Source: a virus (taxonomy: Duplodnaviria > Caudoviricetes). Taken from it: 64,000 bases of DNA. The position numbers and the translations under genes are program-made. Under the pieces are notes generated by a model that saw only the letters and a program-made list of their open reading frames with translations, ran no database searches and had not been told where the DNA came from. The stretch is from IMG/VR virus record IMGVR_UViG_3300031998_000004. One strand, given 5' to 3'. Below, in pieces: positions 1 through 9,553 of the stretch (within the stretch, counting starts at the first letter, position 1; every line of letters begins with the position of its first letter).

Positions 1-1185
1 GTTTGCTCGAATGTCATTTCCGAGTAGGTCAAGCAAGAGTTCCCACTGCTGGTCTTCAAACTGTGCATCGCCGAGATTCATCTCGTATTCTCTCAGTTGC
101 TGTTCAATCTTATCTATCTCACCATTGTTTACCTTTGCTCGTTTGGCTTGTTCCTGGAGACGCACAAGCAGGGCTTTATTCCTTTCGAGTTCTTCACGGA
201 TAGGTCCAACTTCTTTTTCATACTTATCACGAATCTGCCCAGGTACGAGTTTTTCTTTCTCAAGTCGTTCGTTGATGGTCACATATTGCTTTCTCAAGAC
301 ATCTCTTTCCTTCTCCTTTACAGGGAGCATACTCTGGTCTATAGGAGCGCCACAAGTAGGACAGGTACCCTTCTGGATAAATGCAATTTCCTTTGCCTTG
401 TTAACTCCAAGGGCTTTCACACTAGCGAGTTCTGCACTGGATTCTTCAATAACTTTCCTTGCATCTCGGACAGTTTTTTCATATATGTCCTTTTGTTCCT
501 GAACCTTTTTATTATAGGTGTCTATATCTTTCTTGACAACATCTATATTTCCGTCAATTACTTCAATGTTGGTCAGCTCATTGATCTTTCTGATCTGTGC
601 GTTACACTGATCAATAAGAGACTGTAACCTATTGATATTCACAGTGTTCTCTGATCTCAAGACCTTACCGGCATCAACATACTTGGTAAGAGCAGCAAAC
701 CCAAGGACATTATCCAGGAACTTTCTACTGTCCTGAGTATTCAGAGACGCCAGACTCTTAAAATTATTAAATGATATAACACAAAGGAGTTCAACTGTGG
801 TTCTCGAGATATCGTAATACTCGTTTTCAAGCTGACTTTGAATATCTCGTTTATCAGTATAAATAAGGTCCTCTCCATCAATCTTTACGGATATTGGAGA
901 TTGCCCATAAGAGTTGATTTCACGATTGATATAAATGTGTTTGCCTTTGCTTTCACACCAGAGTTCAACCGTTGTGTGTTTTTCTCCCCAAGAAATTAAG
1001 GAGTCATTATTCTTGTTTTTAACATTACCAAAAAGTCCGAAGATAATTGATTCACCAATAGTAGTCTTGCCAACACCAACGGGGCCAACTATCTTCCACA
1101 TTCCTTTAATATCTTTTTCAAAATCCATCTCAAAATCACCATAGATGGATTTAAAGTTGTTTAGTTTTATCTTCTGAATCTTCAC
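1..1185 (-). CDS. SbcC/Rad50-like recombination ATPase (T4 gp46-like), 3'-truncated by window edge
   Basis: Manual translation from GTG at 1185 gives MKIQKIKLNNFKSIYG..., Walker A GPVGVGKTT, and zinc-hook GTCPTCG near 345-370. It is missing from the ORF track because it runs off the window. Confidence 0.88.
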   Translation of the reverse strand, partial: MKIQKIKLNNFKSIYGDFEMDFEKDIKGMWKIVGPVGVGKTTIGESIIFGLFGNVKNKNNDSLISWGEKHTTVELWCESKGKHIYINREINSYGQSPISVKIDGEDLIYTDKRDIQSQLENEYYDISRTTVELLCVISFNNFKSLASLNTQDSRKFLDNVLGFAALTKYVDAGKVLRSENTVNINRLQSLIDQCNAQIRKINELTNIEVIDGNIDVVKKDIDTYNKKVQEQKDIYEKTVRDARKVIEESSAELASVKALGVNKAKEIAFIQKGTCPTCGAPIDQSMLPVKEKERDVLRKQYVTINERLEKEKLVPGQIRDKYEKEVGPIREELERNKALLVRLQEQAKRAKVNNGEIDKIEQQLREYEMNLGDAQFEDQQWELLLDLLGNDIRAN

Positions 1186-1199
1186 GTATTTAATATATA

Positions 1200-1229
1200 T
1201 AAAAAAAGGAATCAATTAAGATTCCTTCT
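1200..1229 (-). terminator. Rho-independent terminator
   Basis: Stem AAGGAATC/GATTCCTT with an A-tract on + (U-tract on -), overlapping the stop of 1216..1797. Confidence 0.6.
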
Positions 1230-1797
1230 TGGTTGATTTTTTAGTTGTTGTTTTCTTTGTCTTTGGTTTCGGTTCCTCCGCTAGAGCTTCAGACTCTGTA
1301 GTTGGCTGTTCCTTTTCCGGCTCTGGTTCAGTTACTGGTTCCTCTGTAGGTGTCTCAGGAGCAGGTTCTTCAGCAGGACCACTCTCTGTTACAGGTTCGT
1401 TATCTGCTTCGGTAAATCCAGCACCATCAAACTCAGGAGCATTCTCGGGCTCTGGTTCAGTTACTGTTTCAGGAGCGGGTTCAGGATCAGTTGTTGTGGT
1501 TTCAGTTTCGGTTTCCTTTTCAGTTCTAGGATCAATAACAGGCTCTTCAGTTGTTGTAGTTACAGTTTCTACGGGTGTCTCAACCACATCTTCATCCTTC
1601 GTCGGACCAACTGCTGGTGTACCATCCTCAACAAATACCATTTTTGCCATCCGAAGTGCTTCTGGGTCATTCACAAAACCAGCATTTGTTAAGTCTTCAA
1701 CTGTCCGATAACACTTCAAAATATCTTCATCGGGTGCAGTAACAGTCATAAAACCATGATATTTAAACAACCTGATGATTTCTTTGGTTAATTTCAT
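1216..1797 (-). CDS. Putative virion decoration protein: N-terminal module, Pro/Glu/Thr-rich stalk, Lys-rich tail
   Basis: Low-complexity EPEPE/PVTE repeats and KPKTKKTTTKK end; N-terminus similar to 1879..2328 and 59510..60574. Confidence 0.5.
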   Translation of the reverse strand: MKLTKEIIRLFKYHGFMTVTAPDEDILKCYRTVEDLTNAGFVNDPEALRMAKMVFVEDGTPAVGPTKDEDVVETPVETVTTTTEEPVIDPRTEKETETETTTTDPEPAPETVTEPEPENAPEFDGAGFTEADNEPVTESGPAEEPAPETPTEEPVTEPEPEKEQPTTESEALAEEPKPKTKKTTTKKSTKKES

Positions 1798-1825
1798 ACG
1801 CGTATAAAAATTTATTTGTACTATA

Positions 1826-1853
1826 TAAAATAAAAAGAACCCGAAGGTTCTTT
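1826..1853 (-). terminator. Rho-independent terminator with UUCG tetraloop
   Basis: Minus strand reads AAAGAACC-TTCG-GGTTCTTTTTATTTT. Confidence 0.8.
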
Positions 1854-1878
1854 ATATTAGTGTTATGTGATCATTAAA

Positions 1879-2328
1879 TTATTCTGGACCATAAACTGTG
1901 ATCTCACATGTTGCTGATTTATCACTTACGGTTGCAGTGATAGTTGCATTACCTTCGGTGTGGGGTTCATAATCACAGGTATGATTGTCTCCAGATTCTC
2001 CGCCTGGATAAATGTGTACTACATTTGGATCAGAGCATGTCCATGTGACGGTCTGGTCTGTTGCATTTTCGGGGAGGATAGTTGCCAATAAAGTATCAAA
2101 GTCGCCAGTTTGACACTCAATTTGGGTTTCATTTAATGTTATACTCTCAACCGGAATTTCGTGAGTGACATCAGCTTCGATATCTGTACTAGGGTCTGTA
2201 ACTGTTATATATTCTTCAATTTTGAGCCCGTCTACTGTTTTAGAAGCGAGGTCATCTGAAGGAACTACCTGTGTAATAAATCCTTTCTCTTTAAGTTCAT
2301 CTATCTGTGCTTTCGTAAGATTTGCCAT
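1879..2328 (-). CDS. Ig-like (Big_2) domain protein, Hoc-like display protein
   Basis: PVESITLN...LLATILPENATDQTVTWTCSDP...GNATITAT...ATCEITV is a typical Big_2 domain. Confidence 0.75.
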   Translation of the reverse strand: MANLTKAQIDELKEKGFITQVVPSDDLASKTVDGLKIEEYITVTDPSTDIEADVTHEIPVESITLNETQIECQTGDFDTLLATILPENATDQTVTWTCSDPNVVHIYPGGESGDNHTCDYEPHTEGNATITATVSDKSATCEITVYGPE

Positions 2329-2355
2329 GATTATAATGTTTAATTAATTATATAA

Positions 2356-3702
2356 TCAAACATTTCTACCATCCTCGTAAACAACCTTCAGAATGGGAAA
2401 CCTGAGACTGTATTCTCCTGTCTTCTTATCTCGGGTTTCCTCAAAGTACTGAACAGTGATTGTCTTACCAATGATCTCTTCTGGATGATCAAACCACCTC
2501 AATCTCTGTTCCTTACTCAGGCCACTACCTACATAGACCTTATTTCCTTTATGAGTGATAACAAGAGATGATGCAGCATCGTATTCTTTCGCTCCACCTT
2601 CGTTATAGGTAACCTTACCCATTACCACGTCTTCCACAACGTATTCTGCGTCCTGGAACTTCTTGACTTTAAGGAGGTCTTTACTCCTGCCGCTCTTATA
2701 AGGAACATCCTTCCTGAGCATAAATCCTTCCCATCCGTTCTTTTTAACCAAGCTTGTCCAGTCTTCAAAATCATACCAGTTCTCACATCTGTACTGTTGA
2801 AGCACCTGTACTTCTGCGGGTCTGCTGGAGTGATAGTAATAGTCAAGCATTATATTATATCTACTACAAAAATCAGGACTCTGCTTTCTGCCTTCGAACT
2901 CGTCAAGAGTGAGAATGTCGAACCACATAAACTTCGGATGCTCTATAGTGTGGTTCTTCCTTGTGACCTCAGACATTAGACCCAAGAAATTCTCGTTTCC
3001 CTGTTCATCTACTATACAGACCTCACCATCGAGCACAACCGGTTCTTCAACACTATGGAGAATATCAATAATGGGTTCAATGAGATTGTCGAGTGTCCAG
3101 AACTTCTTACCTTGTCGAGAAATAAAATCAAGTGTTCCGAGTTCCGGATTATAATGAATAGTGCAACGAACGCCATCTAACTTCCTGGAAATCAAATACT
3201 TACCACTCATCACCACTTCGTTCTGTTTCTCGGGTTTAAGATCGAAGAACTTATCTGCGAGAGCCACCTCGTACTTCTGAACAGCTGCACGACCAACCGC
3301 ATCGTTATAGTTGTCAAGAGAGACACCAACCTTAAGGTTTCTCTGGAGCACTCCGTCGAGAATCCATCTCTCACTCGGGTCAAAGTAACCAATCACTTCT
3401 CCTACTCTCTCACAAGCAGCATTACCGGTAAGTCTCCTGGAAGCGAGTTCTTCAAGAACTCCGCGGAAGACACGGTAGTTATTGTCTATGTGATAGTACT
3501 GAAGATGAGGACCAAAAAGAGACTGGCTGTCTAGGACTTTATCCCATACAGTATACTTCTTAACATTGTATTTTACAGAGGTATCATAGGTATCCTTAAA
3601 GATTTGTTCAAGGAGGTCCGAGTGATTTTCTTTTATAATATTCTTTTTGTCTAGGGTGCCAGGAGTCTCCCGGAGGAGAGTAAGTGTTTCTACTATGTTC
3701 AT
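2356..3702 (-). CDS. lig: ATP-dependent DNA ligase (T4 gp30-like)
   Basis: Motif I KLDGVR, LDGEV, FDIL, EGFML, LLKVK and a C-terminal OB fold ending SLRFP. Confidence 0.93.
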   Translation of the reverse strand: MNIVETLTLLRETPGTLDKKNIIKENHSDLLEQIFKDTYDTSVKYNVKKYTVWDKVLDSQSLFGPHLQYYHIDNNYRVFRGVLEELASRRLTGNAACERVGEVIGYFDPSERWILDGVLQRNLKVGVSLDNYNDAVGRAAVQKYEVALADKFFDLKPEKQNEVVMSGKYLISRKLDGVRCTIHYNPELGTLDFISRQGKKFWTLDNLIEPIIDILHSVEEPVVLDGEVCIVDEQGNENFLGLMSEVTRKNHTIEHPKFMWFDILTLDEFEGRKQSPDFCSRYNIMLDYYYHSSRPAEVQVLQQYRCENWYDFEDWTSLVKKNGWEGFMLRKDVPYKSGRSKDLLKVKKFQDAEYVVEDVVMGKVTYNEGGAKEYDAASSLVITHKGNKVYVGSGLSKEQRLRWFDHPEEIIGKTITVQYFEETRDKKTGEYSLRFPILKVVYEDGRNV

Positions 3703-3703
3703 A

Positions 3704-3892
3704 TTAAATCAAATTTTCAATCTCGAAAATTGCTTTTCGAATTTTTCTCACCATATATTTTTCCCTACTCAGTTTCTTCCTGTCAAATTCGGTTAACGAT
3801 TCCTTATTATGCAAACGCTCTACAATTCTTTCGTGACGATGCAAGGATTTGCTTTTCTTGTTTATTACTAACGATTTTTCCTGTTCATCCAT
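3704..3892 (-). CDS. hypothetical protein
   Basis: Short ORF tightly packed in the operon. Confidence 0.5.
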   Translation of the reverse strand: MDEQEKSLVINKKSKSLHRHERIVERLHNKESLTEFDRKKLSREKYMVRKIRKAIFEIENLI

Positions 3893-3894
3893 AT

Positions 3895-4266
3895 CTAAAT
3901 CAAATTTTCAAGACAATACTTTACTGCTGCTTCACAGGCTTGTTCGTGGGTGGTATAAGAAACATCCTTTGAGTTGGCTGAGAAATACAAACTGTTGTTT
4001 ACGCTCCTATGAATACTCCATCCAAATTGGAGTTTTTCATTTATCGAAACCTCAACATAAATGTTGTGAACTTCTCTCAGCCACTTCATAGTCATTTGGA
4101 GGGTTGGGCATATTATATATGTGCTGCCACTATCCATATTTTGTTTAGTGATTATTGTATATAACAATTCGCCATATTTATCATAATAATAATGGACAAA
4201 AGCAGAAAATCCTTTTTCTTTAAGGAGTTTTGCCGTTTCAAAACTAACGTAATCTTCGGTAATCAT
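3895..4266 (-). CDS. conserved phage hypothetical protein (YVSFETAKLLKEKGF family)
   Basis: The N-terminal motif and C-terminal YxTxEQACEAA resemble a recurrent family in Bacteroidota phages. Confidence 0.65.
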   Translation of the reverse strand: MITEDYVSFETAKLLKEKGFSAFVHYYYDKYGELLYTIITKQNMDSGSTYIICPTLQMTMKWLREVHNIYVEVSINEKLQFGWSIHRSVNNSLYFSANSKDVSYTTHEQACEAAVKYCLENLI

Positions 4267-4526
4267 AACGTATCCTTATATGTGTTATACACTTCTTCTT
4301 TTTCTTTAAGCGACAGCCTATCCCAATGCCTTCTGCAATAAAACTGCAACTGCTGCACTTCACAGCCATACCATGCAACATCACCCCTGTAGTCCCCCCA
4401 CTGTTCGCGGAATATCTTTTTAAGGTTTTCCGAATCCCTTTGTACTTGATTATACCAATCGTCAACCTTGTATTTCCGCCAAAACTTGTTAAGTTTGCCT
4501 TCCGGTATGATATTATATTGTTTCAT
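4263..4526 (-). CDS. hypothetical protein
   Basis: ATGA overlap with the downstream gene. Confidence 0.55.
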   Translation of the reverse strand: MKQYNIIPEGKLNKFWRKYKVDDWYNQVQRDSENLKKIFREQWGDYRGDVAWYGCEVQQLQFYCRRHWDRLSLKEKEEVYNTYKDTL

Positions 4527-4546
4527 ATTGTATAAGTATATTCATA

Positions 4547-4699
4547 TTATTCTTCTACAAACCATTCTTCATCAATTTCTTCATCATCATAATCACAAGA
4601 GTTATCCTGTGCTCGCTCAATTACCTCCTCTTCGGATTCTGCCTCAATTGTATAAGTATGTGTAATGGTAGTTTTGGCAATTACTTGATAGGTCTTCAT
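4547..4699 (-). CDS. small acidic hypothetical protein (likely start MKTYQV)
   Basis: IEAESEEE motif typical of small phage proteins; ATGA overlap with the upstream ORF. Confidence 0.5.
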   Translation of the reverse strand: MKTYQVIAKTTITHTYTIEAESEEEVIERAQDNSCDYDDEEIDEEWFVEE

Positions 4700-4869
4700 A
4701 ATTTTTCTATTGAAATGCTTGGCATACACGCATTGGTGCGTTGGTTGTTGAGTTCTGTAAAAATTTGTTTAATAACAGGAACCACATCGGAAGGGATATC
4801 TGCTTCTATGGTAGTGTTGTTGAGGACTGAGTAGTTATTACTCTTGTTGACTATACGTACCTTGCACAT
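4696..4869 (-). CDS. small hypothetical protein (MCKVRIVNK..., 57 aa)
   Basis: Manual translation; fills the gap and overlaps the next start by ATGA. Confidence 0.4.
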   Translation of the reverse strand: MCKVRIVNKSNNYSVLNNTTIEADIPSDVVPVIKQIFTELNNQRTNACMPSISIEKL

Positions 4870-4894
4870 ATTGTATCTATTTGTATATAATTAT

Positions 4895-4923
4895 AAAAAA
4901 AGACAGACTTATTTAGTCTGTCT
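4895..4923 (-). terminator. Rho-independent terminator
   Basis: Stem AGACAGACT/AGTCTGTCT with an A-tract on +. Confidence 0.7.
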
Positions 4924-4933
4924 ATGTGATTTT

Positions 4934-5962
4934 TTAGAATTGTTCCGGTTCAAAAAGCACTACCCAACCGTCCTTGGTCTGGCATTTCTTTACCATATCC
5001 ACCAGTTCATCAATAGGCGTGTCTTTAAAGAGTTTCATATTGTTCATACGAATGAATCTTGCTTGCCTCATAATAGCTCCGTTGTTATTGGGTTTAACAA
5101 ACGTCATCCTTACATTATTACTTCTCATAGTAACAGTTTCAATATTCTTAAATCCACTCAAATCAAGAAGATCACTGAGTTTTCCTTCTGGAATGACTTC
5201 TGTAGGAATAAGAGAACCATACTTACGTATGTTATTAACTATAGCAACAATGTTACGAGTGCTCTTGGTTTTAGTTATTCCAGCAGCGATTACAGTCCCT
5301 TTACCAAAGAACTTATCAAGTTTACTTTTAATTCCGTCACAATTAAAAAAACTACAATCATATATACTTATGGTTTTTGCATTTGATTTGATATATTTAA
5401 GATTTGGAAAGTCTGTAACACTTACAAGAGATAACACCGGATAAACATTTCCTTCGAAATTAAATTCAGCATCAAAGTAATCTAAATCGGAAGCCCATCC
5501 AATTTTGACCATACCAGTCATTCTGCATTTGTTCGGATTTATATTAAATTTGAATCCTTCCAACTTCTCACACATACCATCAATTGTTACACCAGTGCAA
5601 TTAATCTCTTTGAATCCACCACCATTAGCAATAGGATCTGGATGTGGGCCATTGAATCTTGGACTTCCTATATGGAAGTTATTACAGTATAGAGTATATC
5701 TGTTCAAAAAAGGATTATCAGACGAGTCAATACCAACATTAGCGTCAAGATGAATTTTCTCTTTATCTATATCTATCTCTTTCGCGAGACCATCCAATCC
5801 CCATGTGATAACATCAGTGTCTCCTGCGTTGTATACCTTCATATACTTCCACCAATCACTATCCATGTCATTAAACATGTTCTTTTCAATTTCGTGAGTA
5901 TCTGAGATGTTCTTGTCTACATTAAATAGACCTTCGTATATGTATTGTGATAATGATTTCAT
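4934..5962 (-). CDS. hypothetical protein with MKSL..YE-GLFN leader (putative internal head protein)
   Basis: N-terminus MKSLSQYIYEGLFNVD. Confidence 0.6.
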   Translation of the reverse strand: MKSLSQYIYEGLFNVDKNISDTHEIEKNMFNDMDSDWWKYMKVYNAGDTDVITWGLDGLAKEIDIDKEKIHLDANVGIDSSDNPFLNRYTLYCNNFHIGSPRFNGPHPDPIANGGGFKEINCTGVTIDGMCEKLEGFKFNINPNKCRMTGMVKIGWASDLDYFDAEFNFEGNVYPVLSLVSVTDFPNLKYIKSNAKTISIYDCSFFNCDGIKSKLDKFFGKGTVIAAGITKTKSTRNIVAIVNNIRKYGSLIPTEVIPEGKLSDLLDLSGFKNIETVTMRSNNVRMTFVKPNNNGAIMRQARFIRMNNMKLFKDTPIDELVDMVKKCQTKDGWVVLFEPEQF

Positions 5963-6567
5963 GAATCTTTAATAAGTTTTTTCATTATAGCTTGATCTAT
6001 AGCTACACCAGGAACATGTTTATTTATATTTATAAATTTATCAAATTCACTTTGAATAAGATTCACATACTTTTCGGATGTTATGTTGTCTATCATTGAC
6101 TTCATAAGTTTTATGATAGACCGAACTGTGTCTGTTGTACATTCAAAATGCAAATCAAAGCTTTGTCTATCAAAACGCTTATCACTATAACCTTCCACAA
6201 AATTGAAGTGTTTGGGATCTTTCTTAGTCAACCAACGTCTAACTGCATTTCCATCAGAGAAATTCAAATCCCAAGCACCGTATTGGTGATTAAACACCAA
6301 TTGTGGACACTGAGGATACCCACACAGTCCATTATTAAACTGTAATTTCACAATAACTTTAAGATCTAATTTCTCTGTGCCGTAAAACGCCTTATATACT
6401 TTTAATCCATCATTATTCAAATCCATCAACCATCCTCTGTCTATACATTTATTGCGCAACTTACAATAAGCATCCTTAAAAATCATATCCCAAAAAACCT
6501 CTGGTTCTACGGGAGATGACTTTCCCATCAGGTCTTTATCAAATAAACTTTCATAAAGTGATTTCAT
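5959..6567 (-). CDS. hypothetical protein with MKSLYE-SLFD leader (putative internal head protein)
   Basis: N-terminus MKSLYESLFDKDL; preceded by the ATTATTTA motif. Confidence 0.6.
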   Translation of the reverse strand: MKSLYESLFDKDLMGKSSPVEPEVFWDMIFKDAYCKLRNKCIDRGWLMDLNNDGLKVYKAFYGTEKLDLKVIVKLQFNNGLCGYPQCPQLVFNHQYGAWDLNFSDGNAVRRWLTKKDPKHFNFVEGYSDKRFDRQSFDLHFECTTDTVRSIIKLMKSMIDNITSEKYVNLIQSEFDKFININKHVPGVAIDQAIMKKLIKDS

Positions 6568-6570
6568 ATA

Positions 6571-6613
6571 TAAATAATAGATTTCCGTGATACTATAGTA
6601 TCATATAAATAAT
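6571..6613 (-). promoter_or_regulatory. Two putative late-promoter motifs (ATTATTTA) flanking a 16-bp perfect palindrome
   Basis: TAAATAAT on + at 6571-6578 and 6606-6613; TGATACTATAGTATCA at 6588-6603. Confidence 0.4.
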
Positions 6614-6615
6614 AA

Positions 6616-7173
6616 TTATTTACTACTCACCATCACTAGCGGAATAAACCAATGAACAGTCATATCAACAACAGTACAACTATCTGAATGAAATTTAATA
6701 TGTAAGTATCCAATATTGTCTGGAGACGGATCATATCCACGTTGACCTATTTTATGTCGGAGTACATACCCCTTGTATACATTAGAGAAGTATTCGGAAA
6801 GATTATTGTTAAATGATATAAAGAGTGGATCAGACTCAATCTCTAACTTGGATGACGATGGAAGATACCCGCGGAGAACATCGGCTATCTGAGTAGGGAT
6901 AGATTTAGTACAGTTTGTATTAACTTGAAGGTTCCCATAATTTTCATTAAACCTCTCAACCACATCTTTCACATCATCATACCATAGACATGATGTCTCA
7001 AAATTAGACTTCAACACATCCACTATAGGTTCCTCATTTAGAGTTGTTTTCTTTGCCTCCAGAAACCAAATACTACTATCACCGAAGACAAATAACATAT
7101 CATCATTGATAGGTTGAAGGAGGTATTTTAACTGTATTCCTTCTATATTTTGTGTAGAATCAAACAAACTCAT
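6616..7173 (-). CDS. hypothetical protein starting MSLFD
   Basis: 185-aa ORF carrying the leaderless version of the SLFD tag. Confidence 0.6.
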   Translation of the reverse strand: MSLFDSTQNIEGIQLKYLLQPINDDMLFVFGDSSIWFLEAKKTTLNEEPIVDVLKSNFETSCLWYDDVKDVVERFNENYGNLQVNTNCTKSIPTQIADVLRGYLPSSSKLEIESDPLFISFNNNLSEYFSNVYKGYVLRHKIGQRGYDPSPDNIGYLHIKFHSDSCTVVDMTVHWFIPLVMVSSK

Positions 7174-7248
7174 GTATAAAAATATTAGTTTTGTTTGAAA
7201 AATTTGTGTTTTGTTAATATTTTTTAATAGTAAATAAATGCATTTATA

Positions 7249-8304
7249 ATGAGTAAGAAAAACGATTACAGTAGTTTAGAAGGTCAAATTGGTGATCTTG
7301 GTGCAGAAGTTACACCGGTAGCATCAACAACATCACAAGATCTTGGGAAAATAAACAGACCTGAAATTTTTGGTGGAAAACCAGAATTAACACCAGAAGA
7401 AAAAGAAGAACTCAATAAATTTATAGAAAGGAATCGTAATAAATCAAAAGTAGAAGAATCAAATATCTTTGAAGGATGGATTCCTCTTGATCGAGAAGAA
7501 TTAGGTAAACGTTCAATATTCTATCCAGAAGACTGGGAGTTCTCTATTCGACCTGCAACGGTTCAAGCAATCAAGAATTGGACATCGGTTGATGAAGAGA
7601 ATCCTGAAGAACTCAATAAGGTATTTAATGAGATTATTCGTCTTTGTGTAAGAATAGTTGATGGCAAAGGAACTGTTCATACATGGCAGGAAGTAAATTC
7701 TTGGGATAGGTTCTGGCTTATTCTTAAAGTTCGCGAGTATACTTTTGTACACGGTGAAAGTAAAATTGAATACACTGATCAGTGTGAGAATTGTGATGAA
7801 GAATTAACATTTATTCTTGATTCTGCATCACTCACATATGAATTTCCTGATGATGATCTTATGAAATACTGGGATGGAAACAAATGGGTTATTGACCCAC
7901 GCGAGTATGACGTAGACGCGGATCCTATTACTCTTTGGACACCAAAACTTGGTAAGGACCAGGCAATTATTGATTGGGCTATTGCACGTGCAAGACAAGG
8001 AAAACGCGATATTGACGAGAACTTTATTAAGTTCTTGGTTTGGATGATCAGTAAGCCGTCACGCGATGCTGCTAACTTTGACTCTCAGGTTCGTCAGGCA
8101 CAGAATATTTATAAGGGTTGGAGTATTGATATGAATTCATTTATGAATGATGTTGTAAGAAATATCACTATCAATCCTTCGGAGAAACTCTCTGCCAAAT
8201 GTCCTCATTGTGGTGCCGAGGTCACCAGCCAGGTTCAGTTTCCAAACGGCGTTAGAGCTCTCTTCAAGACTGAATCGAAAGTTAAGAAGTTTGGATCCAG
8301 ATAA
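7249..8304 (+). CDS. Baseplate hub assembly protein, T4 gp26-like
   Basis: IRP...E, D..W..LK.RE, CENC and C-terminal CPHCG motifs; immediately followed by a gp51-like ORF. Confidence 0.6.
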   Translation: MSKKNDYSSLEGQIGDLGAEVTPVASTTSQDLGKINRPEIFGGKPELTPEEKEELNKFIERNRNKSKVEESNIFEGWIPLDREELGKRSIFYPEDWEFSIRPATVQAIKNWTSVDEENPEELNKVFNEIIRLCVRIVDGKGTVHTWQEVNSWDRFWLILKVREYTFVHGESKIEYTDQCENCDEELTFILDSASLTYEFPDDDLMKYWDGNKWVIDPREYDVDADPITLWTPKLGKDQAIIDWAIARARQGKRDIDENFIKFLVWMISKPSRDAANFDSQVRQAQNIYKGWSIDMNSFMNDVVRNITINPSEKLSAKCPHCGAEVTSQVQFPNGVRALFKTESKVKKFGSR

Positions 8305-8647
8305 TCACGAAGATCCCTTTAGATTATCTCCGGCATATTTTGAATATGACGTATTTGCATTATTCAAGATAAATATAGTTGGGTTGATTCAAATCAAAGC
8401 ATCACTTGCAAAAAACTTCCATATACAACCATCGGAAATAGATAATATGCCGATGTGGGAATATGAGATGTTTATTGATGAATTAAATAAGCAAGTCAAG
8501 GATGAGAATAAACGCCAGCAAGAAGAGATGGATAAATATCATGTAAATGATTACATGAAAAATATGAAAAATATGAATCCTTCTAATATGGCGAAGATGT
8601 CTCAACCAAAACTACCGGATCTTTCGAAAGGATTTAAAATGAAATGA
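8291..8647 (+). CDS. Baseplate hub assembly chaperone, T4 gp51-like (start uncertain: TTG at 8291 or frameshift)
   Basis: LAKNFHIQPSEIDNMPMWEYEMFIDEL matches the gp51 pattern (EIxxMxxWExxxY/F); no ATG upstream of the conserved core. Confidence 0.65.
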   Translation: MDPDNHEDPFRLSPAYFEYDVFALFKINIVGLIQIKASLAKNFHIQPSEIDNMPMWEYEMFIDELNKQVKDENKRQQEEMDKYHVNDYMKNMKNMNPSNMAKMSQPKLPDLSKGFKMK

Positions 8648-8648
8648 T

Positions 8649-8675
8649 AAAGGAACTCACAAGAGTTCCTTTTTT
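8649..8675 (+). terminator. Rho-independent terminator
   Basis: AAAGGAACTC-ACAA-GAGTTCCTTTTTT. Confidence 0.8.
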
Positions 8676-8707
8676 ATATTTATTGACTAGTATATGATTA
8701 TATATAT

Positions 8708-9523
8708 ATGAATACTGCCGGAAAACAGGGATGGACAACCACCCTAGAAGACGAAATAGATTATCAATTCATTCAGAGAGTTATTGGTGAGGTGACTCAG
8801 TCATGTGCCCTGCCTTTTGCATTACCTGCGGAACGTGTGACAGCTAACATCCTACTTGCTGCACAGTACTTCTGGTTAAATAGTGACTTCGCTGCAGAAG
8901 AGAGATACTATATGATTAAAAACTCGGACATATGTCGAGGTAATATGTTTAATAAGATAGTTCAACTCCCTGCACAAATCATTGGTGTGCATGGGTGTTA
9001 TAGGATTGATGACGGACTAAGATATGGTGTCATGGGAGACTTTTCTCTTGAGAGAATGATGCTTTCTACTTACTCTATGTTTGGTGGAGTAGGAACTGTG
9101 GGTGGGGGATTTGTTAATGGTACCACGCAGGGATACACTCTTTCTGATGTGGTTATGAGTATGTATGAAGTGGATACTTTTGAACAGAATCTTAATCCAA
9201 CTCTGACATATAACTACAATCAATTCTCACATAAACTCGTTCTTCTTGGCGATATTGGGTATAGTAATATTTTGATTTGTTGTAGTGTGAGATGTAGAAT
9301 CCAAGACCTCTATAACGACCCTTATTTCTTTAAGTATGTTGTTGCGCTATGTAAGAGAAATCTCAATACCATTTATGGAACATATGAATTTAAGTTGCCT
9401 GGTGGTGTTACAATCAACTATGACAAACTCAATGATCAGGCAGATAACGAGATTGAAGAAGTAAAAGAATACTTTGAGAATAACCGCGCGGTAGACTATT
9501 TCTTTATGCCAAATACGCTATAA
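8708..9523 (+). CDS. Neck/head-tail connector protein, T4 gp13-like
   Basis: C-terminal KLPGGVTINYD...A..EIEE; YNYNQFSHKL. Confidence 0.7.
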   Translation: MNTAGKQGWTTTLEDEIDYQFIQRVIGEVTQSCALPFALPAERVTANILLAAQYFWLNSDFAAEERYYMIKNSDICRGNMFNKIVQLPAQIIGVHGCYRIDDGLRYGVMGDFSLERMMLSTYSMFGGVGTVGGGFVNGTTQGYTLSDVVMSMYEVDTFEQNLNPTLTYNYNQFSHKLVLLGDIGYSNILICCSVRCRIQDLYNDPYFFKYVVALCKRNLNTIYGTYEFKLPGGVTINYDKLNDQADNEIEEVKEYFENNRAVDYFFMPNTL

Positions 9524-9553
9524 AAAGGAACTCAAACGAGTTCCTTTCTTTTT
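9522..9553. terminator. Bidirectional terminator between convergent genes
   Basis: AAAAAGGAACTC-AAAC-GAGTTCCTTTCTTTTT. Confidence 0.75.

Noticed and set aside
3-1711. Plus-strand ORFs at 3-1144 and 1229-1711, and the many similar antisense ORFs elsewhere
   Set aside because: They are shadows of real minus-strand genes (SbcC-like and the acidic protein) with Ser/Phe-rich, motif-free translations.
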